Of a stretch of 64,000 bases of DNA, positions 54,415 through 64,000 are shown in pieces. Below the pieces are notes generated by a model. It ran no database searches. It was not told where the DNA came from and saw only the letters and a list, made by a program, of their open reading frames with translations. The stretch spans positions 35,466,001 through 35,530,000 of the forward strand of contig NW_024704742.1 of NCBI RefSeq assembly GCF_018977255.1, given 5' to 3'. Numbering within the stretch: position 1 is the first letter of the stretch; every line of letters begins with the position of its first letter. Position numbers and translations under genes: made by a program. The DNA comes from Callorhinchus milii (Eukaryota).

Positions 54415-55192
54415 ACAACAACAACAACAAGGGAGTTGCCGGGAAGGCCGGCGAGGAGAGAGTTCCCATAGTCCAGCCTTGAGGTGACAAAGGCGTGGAC
54501 CAGAGTTTCAGCAGCGTGAGGGGTGAGGTAGTGCCGTAGTCTGGCGATATTCCGGAGGTGATGGAAGGCGGTGCCAGTTGTGACGCGGATATGAGGGAGA
54601 AAGGACAGCTCAGGGTCGAACAGAACCCCAAGGTTCCTGATGGCTTTGAGAGGTGGAGAGTGCAGCCTTGGATGCTGAAGCTGTCAGCGCCTGAGGTGCG
54701 GAGGCGCTGACGTGAGCCAATCAGGAGGGCCTCAGTTTTACGCACGTTGAGCTGAAGAAAGTTGTCTCTCGTCCAGGACTCGATGTCGGACAGGCAGGCT
54801 GTCAGGACATCGGTGGTCGTGGAGTTGAGGGTAGAGGAGGAAAGGTAGAGTTGGGTGTCATCCGCATACATGTGGAAATTAATCCCATGTCTGCGGATGA
54901 TGTCACCGAGGGGGAGCATATAGAGGGTGAAGAGGAGGGGACCGAGGACAGAGCCCTGAGGGACACCGCACGAGACAGTGCGGGGGGTGGAGGAAAAGCC
55001 ATTCGTGGAAACAAAGTGAAGACGGTGGGAGAGGTACGACCTAAACCACTCAAGGACAGGGCCTTGGAGGTTGAGGTGGGAGGACAAGTGGTGGAGGAGG
55101 ATAGCGTGGTCGGCCGTATCGAATGCTGTCGATAGGTCGAGGAGGACGAGGAGGCAGAGGGACCCCTGGTCACAGATGGTCAGGATGTCATT
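54415..55192 (-). mobile_element. L2-clade LINE RT fragment
   Basis: ORF 54314-55087 WFRSYLSHR...CGVPQGSVLGPLLFTLYMLPLGDIIRRHGINFHMYADDTQLYLS; upstream LLDLSTAFDT; GC-rich; frameshifted downstream. Confidence 0.95.
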
Positions 55193-56359
55193 AGTAAATA
55201 GAGTAGATAGAGTTCCAATGGCAAACTACAGTCATGTTTCTGAACAGCAGGTGTCCTGGCTGAGGGACAACAGTGCTCTCAGTGCAATACCTGATTACGT
55301 GACATTAGTACAACAGATGAAGCTTTCATACAATAGAATCAATTAACAAATCCATAAGCTTCAAATTCCATCTTCGTGACCATTCTGCTATTTCAATTCA
55401 ATGTTTTCTTTATGTTTTGTAAATCTGAGATAAATATTAACATGGACTTCCTTTGGGTTTATTTTGTTACAGAAGAGATGTTTTCAAAGACTGCTGCAAG
55501 TTTGTTGCTTTCAGATACCACAGCGGCAAACACATTCTTGGAAATAGCAGGCCAAAGTTGTGGCTTTGATATTATCATGACTAATGTGAAAAGCTCTACC
55601 ACTAAATGTACTTCAATTACAAAAATTAAATGTTTAGTCCTGATAGCGAAGCATTAACTTCTAAGCAATGTATTGTTTTTTTTAAGCTTTTTTTAAGTAG
55701 TTTACAACTCAATTTTGGAAATGTCGCAATTGAAAACTTAATATTTAGTTGTCCTTTCCATTTCTTTTTTAATGCAATGAAATTTACTTTTAATAAATAC
55801 CTAGATAATTACTGCTTGAAATATTTGTTGGCAGAGAACGCGTACTTGAAAGCAAAAAAAAATCATAAAGGAGCAGGAATATCTACGACAACACTTTTCA
55901 TGTTTTCAAAGCACTCCCCATTATTGTTTTCAAAACAGGCAATCACTAACTTTAGCTTTATCTCAGAAAATATGTGATAAGTAAAGCGTGGACGAAATGA
56001 CCAACTGCCAGTCGGCAAATTGCATGCATGAGTAGAGGTGTTTCCTGCACATTGTGCACTTGTGCAGCACGCAGGAGGTGATTGGCAACATATCCTGCAC
56101 ACATGTGCTGTGCAAGTCAGCATCAATCTGATGACTTATAAAGTCAAATACTTTTTAGAACAGGAGCGGGGAAGGGTCAGATGTGGCTGCCCTCTCTATA
56201 TGGAACAATAAAAGGTAAATTAATTCCTACCCTCATCTACAGATAAATATATACATATTTTCGAAGGGGTTCTCAAACACCTTAAATCTATCCCATATTC
56301 TGAAAAGCTTGCATATCTTTTATGGTGAAAATCCTTTTCAAAACAAAGCTCAGCCATAC

Positions 56360-56440
56360 CTCATCCCCCTTCTGTGGTCGCATCAAAGATACTCGGTTAT
56401 ACTGCCCACGCAACAGTGCCCACAGTGCATCAAGTCTGCC
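56360..56440 (-). CDS. ANTXR2: ANTXR2 penultimate exon
   Basis: 81 nt, flanked by atttccag and gtatgg. Encodes [27 protein letters not shown] (human ANTXR2: [27 protein letters not shown]). Confidence 0.97.
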
Positions 56441-56974
56441 CTGGAAATTACAAACAAAGGCAATACAGGAATGAATCAGATAAAATATACTTTCACAGTC
56501 TACTTAGCCGATCACAAAAAAATTAAAAACCTGAATGATTGCTTCTGGCTAATACTTTTATGATGTAACTTTGACCTTGTTGGAACTTCAAAACAATCTG
56601 CATGTTTGCTTTGTTCTGGATTGTGACATTTTTGTTTGGATGCTTGGAAAATGACAGTGGTTTTTCAAAAATTCCACAGAATTCAAGTCATCTCACTCCT
56701 CAAGCTTTTTACATTCAAACGATTTTTCAAAGTTTTTTATTTTACACTATCCTATGGCCATTCTGCACAACAGAACATCTTTTAACGGGCTGCAATATAT
56801 GGTGGCAGCTTTGGCCAACCCATAGCCCGTGGGTTGGAAGTGACCAGCAGAGCCGTAAATCAAGAATTATTTATGGCATAAATCGAGAAATATTCAATCA
56901 AAAAAAATTATTTTGTTAGCTGACCAAAAAGGTTGGCCATTACTGATATATGATAATCAATACCAAGGAATTAC

Positions 56975-57142
56975 CTTAATTGGATCGTACCACTTCGGTA
57001 CTGGTTGAGTGGGAGGAGTGGGTCTGGCTTGTGGTCTTGGATTAAGAGATTCCTCTTCATCTTCTGCCATTTTCACCATAGCATTTTTAGCCTTTTCCAA
57101 CCTTGCCCCTTCATCAGTAGATCCCTTATCTCCCCAACGGAC
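56975..57142 (-). CDS. ANTXR2: ANTXR2 cytoplasmic exon
   Basis: 168 nt, flanked by cctctattag and gtaatt. Encodes [25 protein letters not shown]...KWYDPIK; WGDKG and GARLEK are ANTXR2-type residues. Confidence 0.97.
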
Positions 57143-57699
57143 CTAATAGAGGAAAACAGAAACATTTTTTTCCCATATGTGATTCCATCCATTTCACTAG
57201 ATTTAAAACATGGTAATTTACCAACCTCTAATGATGAGAATGTATTATTCCCCACCTGTCAGTTATCGCTAGTTATTAAATTTAGTAATTTATATTAAAG
57301 TCCCCTTAATATACTAAAAAAAGATATGCTTGAATGTGCGAGCAGCCTTTTCCCACCCACAACTTTTCTTATGTTGATAGTGTAATAAAATGCACAATGT
57401 TCCAGTCATATTGACAGCCTGAAGATCCCCTAACTGTCTCCAAGGATAATAATATCCTTGTGGATCATAGAAAGAAGATTGGCAGAATGGGCTGCGACAA
57501 TTTCTGCCATCACTGACAACTGAATGGCTTGTGTGCATCACACAACAAAATAAGATAATTATCCAACTTATAAGCCAAGTAATGTTATTAGAACAAATTT
57601 TAAATGACACTGACAGTCAGTTTTCATTACTTGTTAGTGGCTGCATTATTATATGCCCAATTAGTCAACTCTTCTGCCTATCGTCACGTCTAAAATGAC

Positions 57700-58200
57700 A
57701 ATCTCTTCTTTGTTCAAATTTAAGTAGCATATTTTATTTCCTCTTCTGATATTTTGTCTACAGATCTTAATGCAATTCAAACCATCTCTTTAAATATGTG
57801 GATATAATTTGTATGCATTATTACATGGTATCTGTATTGTTTATGCATTATTCAATGTTTCCCTATGACTTTCCTCATTTTTATACATTGCTTCAAAATA
57901 CAGAAGCAAAGGCATCCCTTTACAGAAAGGACATCAGAGACATGGAAAGGATCAACATAGAGTCAGACAGATAATAAGAGGTGTGAGGAATTTTAGTTGG
58001 GAAGAAACTCAAAAACGGTCAATTTTCATTGAAACAGAAAGTTAATAGAGAATCTATTAGAGGTCTTCAAATTCTGAAATAGGTTAAGAGAATAAATAAT
58101 GAAAGATTTCCTGCGGCTTGAAATTGGTAACAAGACGCATAAATACAGAACAGCGACTTGAAGAAATAAGTGAGAAGCTTTTTTTTAATGTATTGTGATA
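57700..58200 (+). mobile_element. Very decayed CR1 ORF2 3' fragment
   Basis: agaaaggacatcagagacatggaaagg and tcattgaaacagaaagttaatagagaatctattagaggtcttcaaa resemble CR1 KKDIxxLER and SLExRRLRGDLIEVFK. Confidence 0.5.
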
Positions 58201-58424
58201 TAGAATATGCACGACCGAAAGATTGGGGATCCCATGAAACTAATGTGGAAAATCCAGGTACCCTCTGCATTTAAGGTGCGTTCAGCAACGAGATATTCAC
58301 GTGCACTAATACACAGACAGATTTCAGACCATGCCATAGTTCCACCCTTTTTAATGCCTCTTTCTTTGATCAATACCTTAAAATTACCTCTGAACAATAA
58401 CAAAAAATTACATTTTGTCTAGTA

Positions 58425-58658
<234 letters not shown>

Positions 58659-59102
58659 CTATATATTTAGCAGACAGATGTAACATTGGTTAATTTATAC
58701 ATTTGGACTGCTTTGGTTTCAGCAATACTTGTATTAACTACAATTTTCCTTTAGCTATACACTGAAATTGTAATGTAATGTTAAGAAATCATATTCTATG
58801 AGAATAATAAGTGTCCTTAGAAATGTTGAGAACACAATTTACTTTTTCTGACCTCATTAGCAAGCCAAAGCAAGGGGCATTGGATAATATTTATTCTTGC
58901 AGAAAAAGAAATCCAGTTCTCTTAAAAATCTATCACTTACCTGATTTGGTTTCATTTTTCCAGATAACAGTTTAACGTGTAATATTTATGGAAAATATAA
59001 AAAGCCAAAAAAGCCACCTTGCAGTCTGCTCTTGCACTGGCAGCTCAAGTATTATTAGCTCATTAATATCACTTTAATAAAACATGACAAAATAAACATT
59101 AC

Positions 59103-59144
59103 CTCTTTTTGAGGTGGTGGTGGTCGAGGAGGACTTAATACTAC
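59103..59144 (-). CDS. ANTXR2: ANTXR2 juxtamembrane proline-rich exon
   Basis: 42 nt, flanked by ttggtttcag and gtaatg. Encodes VVLSPPRPPPPQKE, positionally equivalent to human VIKDPPPPPAPAPKE; phase 0 on both sides. Confidence 0.9.
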
Positions 59145-61059
59145 CTGAAACCAAGGTATAATAAAATATTATTATTTTCATGCAATAGCAATGAAACAAA
59201 TCATCTGCTATGAAACATTTCATTTTTACTACAAATTATAGGATTTAAGTTGTGGTCGCTGAGTTTTGGGAGAGTGAAGCCCTGTTGGGGTTTTTTTGCA
59301 TTTAATGTGTGGCAGCATAGTTAACTGAATGAAGTTTTAAGCAGATGGCAGATAAGCCAATCGGGAGACGAAAAGTCACAGCAGCCTAAGCAGGTACTTA
59401 AGCTGCTGAATAAGCTACTCAGCCACAGCAACCATACAATACAGTAAAATTTATATTTTATGTAGTGCCTTTCTTACCAGGAAGGCTCAGATTATGGTGT
59501 CAGGAGACGCCCTTATACTTTCAGATACCCCATGCACCCTGCTGTCCCTCCTGCCTCTAAGATATTATGTCATACCTGAAATGTGCTGTATAAGTGTAAA
59601 TTGTTGTTGGACACTCTTGTATAACTTCACCAACCTCTTAAACAATGCAATGAATAGATATTAAATAAATAAATCAGGCAAATAAATCACCATGAGTGAG
59701 TTTATAAATGCATAAGACACTCAGGGATTTACCAACTACACAGCCCAATGTCTGAGCATCATCAACCCCTATGTCAGAGCACAGCATATCAGCAACAGTA
59801 GCTATGTACATATCACCAATGGCCTTTTGTTGATTTTCAATTTTAAAAGCACAAACCACTGTAGGTCTGCAAAGCTGGAGACATGCCTACTTATGAGCAT
59901 TTCATTCTCTTGCATGGGGCATCATGAAGGAAATAAACTGGAGCACTGTATCACATACTAAAGTTCAGCAGAGAAATTTCACCAATTCAGTGTACAGTTC
60001 TTGGGGTCCACATATATATGGATATGCATGAACATACTATCTTTAAGCATCTACATAAACTGGCCAATGGTTCTTGTATGAAAGATTCCTCAACCAAATT
60101 GCTCGTCTGAAATTTGACCATAAATTCACTTTTGAAAGCTGATCTGTTTATTAATTCTACAAAATTTCTCTTGCCAACATATTACTTATGGGGCGTAATT
60201 GCTTTATTGCATGCCTTTTTGACCAGACTTTTTTTTATTTAGAGGTTATTTACTCCTCCACGCCAACTCTCAGGTGTTCAGCCGGCATTGTCAAGCGATG
60301 TCCAATGTCCTGGCCAAAAATCCCCCAAATAAAATTGGTCAATTACTTCACGGCTGCCACATTCGGTCACAAAACATAGTCACTGCACTTTACAACATAT
60401 TCTGTGAAGCACTTTGGGACGTCCTCCCTACGTGAAACACTCTATAACAAATATCTAAACTTCTCATAACTGCAAAGTTAAAATGGTTTTAATGTTGCAA
60501 TATAATTTTTGTGGTATTTGATAATAACTTTAGATTTCCTAACCACTGCTCAGCTGTTTATGTCATTGAGCAATAGAAAACGTTGGAGACGAATAGTTTG
60601 TTTTGACACAGTCTGTGTCTGAGAAACAAAACTACAAGTAGGAACACAATACCAAAGAATGAGTGGAATATATTTAGTTAAGTTGCGTAAACCTATCTTT
60701 CCAAATTCCATTATGCTGTTAACAGGAAGCATACACAGTGACATTATCCAAGAAAACATTAATCATAGTATTTATGATTCATCATCTGACTTCCTGTTAT
60801 TTTGTGTAATACATAAAATGTTGCATTTCTCTTTGTTCACACTATAAAAAATGGTTAGTGTCCTGGATAGTTACGAAATGTTTGGTGATGAGGAACAGTG
60901 GTTGTGAGAGAGTTTCCTGTACAATGTAAGTTTTTTTATAATGCAAGTCCAATGTCAACGGTGCCAAATGTCATAAATGTTAAAGAGCAAGAACAACAAT
61001 AACAACTTGCATTTATAAAACTCCTTCATGCAGGATAGCAAGCAGATAACACATGCACA

Positions 61060-61230
61060 GAACCATAGACATTTATGGTACAGAAGGCCATTCAGCCCAT
61101 TGTGTCCGTGTCAGCAATCCTTTCAGTCCCATCTGTGTGCCTTTTCCCGATCCCCTGTAGCTGATTCTTTTTAAGGTACTTTTCAAGTTCCTTCCTGAAG
61201 GACAATATGGATTCTACCTCAACTATCGCT
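61060..61230 (-). mobile_element. CR1 3' UTR remnant
   Basis: catagacatttatggtacagaaggccattcagcccattgtgtccgtg, similar to 18690-18750. Confidence 0.65.
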
Positions 61231-61569
61231 TACAAGTCTAGTTTACAGAGATACAAAATTCAGAAAATACAAGGGGATAACTTTTTAACAATTGTTTAAC
61301 CATCAGAAACGATAAGCTTCAGTCTCGACTCTCACCACGATAATTGCAGCTTCAAACGTTACTTCACTTTTTTTTAGATAGAATCTTTCCCTGTGTCAGA
61401 AAATCCACAGCACAGATCATACCTTGAATTTTGGTTATTTAAAAATCTGCAAACCTGGAGGTACAGTTTATACACAAGAGTAATGGATTTATTCAAATTC
61501 AGTCCCATCCGCTAACTCAGTTCCAGATGTGCAATGCTTTTCTGTAAGAATCTTAAGTGAATATCAAAT

Positions 61570-61890
61570 ACCACAAGAATTATATTTCACATGCAAATAC
61601 TTCAATGGTCACACCTCACCCAACCTCTGTGACCTTCTTCAACCACACCAACCCAGTCAATCTCTTGCTCAGCAAACACTGGCCCGTTTCTTGTCCTCTG
61701 CCCTATTTCAACCATTCTGCCCCCACTCTATGGCACTCCATCTCGCAGTCCCTCTGACTTATTCCCACCCTCCCCTCATTCAAGGCCAATTTCAGCACAG
61801 CACTTTCGGCTTTCTTCAGCCAGCATTGCCAAGTGCTTTTGACGTCCTTCCAATGTGAAAAGCGCTATATAAATGTAAATTGTATTGTTA
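61570..61890 (+). mobile_element. L2 3' end remnant
   Basis: ctctgtgaccttcttcaacc...ttcaaccattctgcccccactctatgg...aagcgctatataaatgtaaattg. Confidence 0.65.
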
Positions 61891-62298
61891 GGTATTAAAG
61901 CACACTTTCTTTGCATCCAAATATTTTGAACTCTGTAATAAGCATATTCAAAAAACTCAAAGGCAATCTAAATTAGTCACACTGTGCCTTTTAATCTAAA
62001 CTGAATTTAACTTCACTCTTTGTAGGCATTGTGTTCAGCATGGTTGTTTCAAGTCTTTTGAAAAATAAGCAGAATAGTAATGCACAACTGGGAGTAATTA
62101 AGAGACACAGCAAGATAAAAAGAAAATTACAGCTGCTGAAAATATGAAAAAAGACTGGAAATAAATTGCATATGAAAGATCAAAGCGAATGTTTCAGCCA
62201 TGTCCTTCCTGCATTCCGATAAAGAGTTTAATAAATAACTGTTTGTGCGACACCACGTTTCACCTACAAAATATACAGTCAATTTGCTTTACAGTATA

Positions 62299-62496
62299 AA
62301 CAATGCAAAATACTGCAGATGCCAGAAATCTGAAACAAAACAGAAGTCGCTGGGAACACTCAGCAGGTCAGGCAGCACCTATGGAGAAACGAAAGTGAGT
62401 CCACGACCCTTCATCTGACACCGAAACTTGACTCACTTTCCTTTCTCCATAGGTGCCGCCTGACCTGCTGAGTGTTCTCAGTGACTTCTGTTTTTA
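62299..62496. mobile_element. Penelope-derived inverted-repeat (hairpin) element inserted in a SINE tail
   Basis: 65-bp arms at 62337-62401 and 62430-62494 with 4 mismatches; flanked by the direct repeat ttgctttacagtata (62284-62298, 62497-62511). Confidence 0.85.
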
Positions 62497-63104
62497 TTGC
62501 TTTACAGTATATTGTTTGAAGCTCTTTGAGACGTCTCAATGGTGTGATAAGGAGCTATATCAAATGCAAATGTATTCAGATAATGTCATAAACCATAACA
62601 TTAGAGATCAAGTAACATTACCATAGTCCAAATGTCAATGTTGTCACTGTGAATGTTATCCCATTAATTTTTCATTATCATTGTGGACAATCGGCACCTG
62701 TAGCTGAAAACTCATACTTAGACAGTCTCAATTTCTTCTCTTTGATGGGACTCCCATCCCCACTACCCCACTCCCCAAAACAAAAAAATAGCCAGGCTTT
62801 CTTCATACGTACATTGTCACAAAACTAGTATTATCCTAATGAATCTGAGCAGTGCTCTCCCCATCTCTAACGGATATTGTAAAAAGCAGTCCTGGAACAG
62901 TCTCCGGAGGCACACCTCTGTTTACAATCTGTCAGTCTGGAAATGTTCATTGATTCCCACTCTCTGCACAGGTACTAATTGCTTATCAGTGCAATCCCAT
63001 GCTTGTTAACATTGGCTACTCATATCGACAACTCTTAATATTCTTAGTCTCAAAGTGCATCATCATCAAGAACTAGCATGCTAACTAACATAACGCTGCT
63101 CTAC

Positions 63105-63410
63105 AATAATAATATCATTGCATTTGATATGGTACCTTATGATATTAAGGTATATGATATATGATATTACATTGTCAAGATATCTCAAAGTACTTCAAAA
63201 GATATACTATGTCTATTTTCTGGGTGAACATGGCAGCTAATTTGCACACAGCAGTGTCCCACAACCAGCTATAGGGTGATTGACCAATTTTATTTGAGGG
63301 ATTGTTAGCCGGATAAACTCCCTTCACGTTTCAAATAGTGTCATGGGATCTTTAACATTGACCTGGACAGACAGATAGGATCTCAGCTTAACTTTTCTTC
63401 GGAAGGACGA
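63105..63410 (-). mobile_element. DeuSINE, 5'-truncated
   Basis: ttgcatttgatat tail, ggcagctaatttgcacacagcagtgtcccaca Deu block and catgggatctttaac central block. Confidence 0.8.
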
Positions 63411-63630
63411 ATGGGAGTTGCCATGACTCCTAGAACTTTTACAATTGTGAATTAACACCAATTTAACTTTCTTCTTTAATATAGTATTTATTCACCCTGT
63501 ACACATCAAACCCTTATTAAATTATTTCTTCAATTCCCTCAATGGTGATGAACATTGATAGCCTGAAACCACATGCATTTTAAACACCACACACAAAAAA
63601 TATTTACAATTTACAGACATTTGTACTCAC

Positions 63631-63726
63631 CACTATACAGCAGAGTGGCCAAAACCACCAGAACAATACCAGCCCAATAAGTATCAGTAAAATTAGGATG
63701 GCAATGACGACAGCTAGCCCATTAGA
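63631..63726 (-). CDS. ANTXR2: ANTXR2 (CMG2) transmembrane exon; upstream exons lie beyond the window end
   Basis: 96 nt, flanked by tttctcaacag and gtgagt. Encodes SNGLAVVIAILILLILIGLVLFWWFWPLCCIV: a hydrophobic helix plus the WWFWPLCC motif of anthrax toxin receptors. SNG matches ANTXR2 rather than ANTXR1 (SDG). Confidence 0.96.
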
Positions 63727-64000
63727 CTGTTGAGAAATATAAAGAACGCAATGTTAAAAAGCAATTCCAGATCTATAATAAACAATTCCAAATATTTCTA
63801 ACAGCAGAACTTATTTGTATCTTTACATTTCTAACAATAAATAGTGAACACCTGATAACTTGTTACTTCAAGTTTTAGTTATTGGTGGAAGGGAGGCGGG
63901 AATGTGTCTGATAAACAAACCAAAATAAACAACTATTTGGGGCAAAACACTCATTGGATCTTGTGTAACGCAGTTAAAATGTTTGTAAATGAACCAAATT

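Larger units (their letters stand above)
1512..56359 (-). other. ANTXR2: ANTXR2 last intron (54,848 bp)
   Basis: GT at 56359-56358 and AG at 1513-1512 join ...GDE to GRCINF in frame; no additional coding exon was recognised in between. Confidence 0.85.

Noticed and set aside
54314..55087. 257-aa ORF as an active or domesticated reverse transcriptase
   Set aside because: 5'-truncated, frameshifted after the RT core and lacking an endonuclease; an ordinary L2 fragment.
58933..58943. Perfect donor CAG|GTAAGT on the minus strand inside the 444-bp intron
   Set aside because: Extending the upstream exon to it hits an in-frame TAA, and no convincing acceptor for a cassette exon was found.

Overview
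Eukaryotic, AT-rich vertebrate genomic DNA. The repeat content (DeuSINE/SacSINE1-like and tRNA-Ala-headed SINEs, CR1 and L2 LINE fragments, Penelope-type terminal repeats) suggests a cartilaginous fish, possibly a chimaera; this is inference. The only supportable protein-coding gene is on the minus strand: the last six coding exons of ANTXR2/CMG2 (anthrax toxin receptor 2). They lie at 63631-63726, 59103-59144, 58563-58658, 56975-57142, 56360-56440 and 1482-1511, all with GT-AG boundaries and all phase 0. They splice to [170 protein letters not shown]. The last intron is 54,848 bp and makes up most of the window. None of these exons is captured by the supplied ORF track; its ORFs are spurious or LINE reverse-transcriptase remnants. 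I see no convincing new multi-gene system. The best leads are: a hammerhead-ribozyme-like core from a Penelope-type repeat 42 nt into an ANTXR2 intron in sense orientation; a Penelope-derived hairpin insertion with a 15-bp target-site duplication; a dispersed family of old palindromic elements; an unrecognised long-bodied retroposon present three times, two copies as a tail-to-tail inverted pair; and a TE-poor, motif-rich stretch that may hold enhancers. Repeat boundaries are approximate, and repeat family names are from recalled consensus sequences, not a database search.
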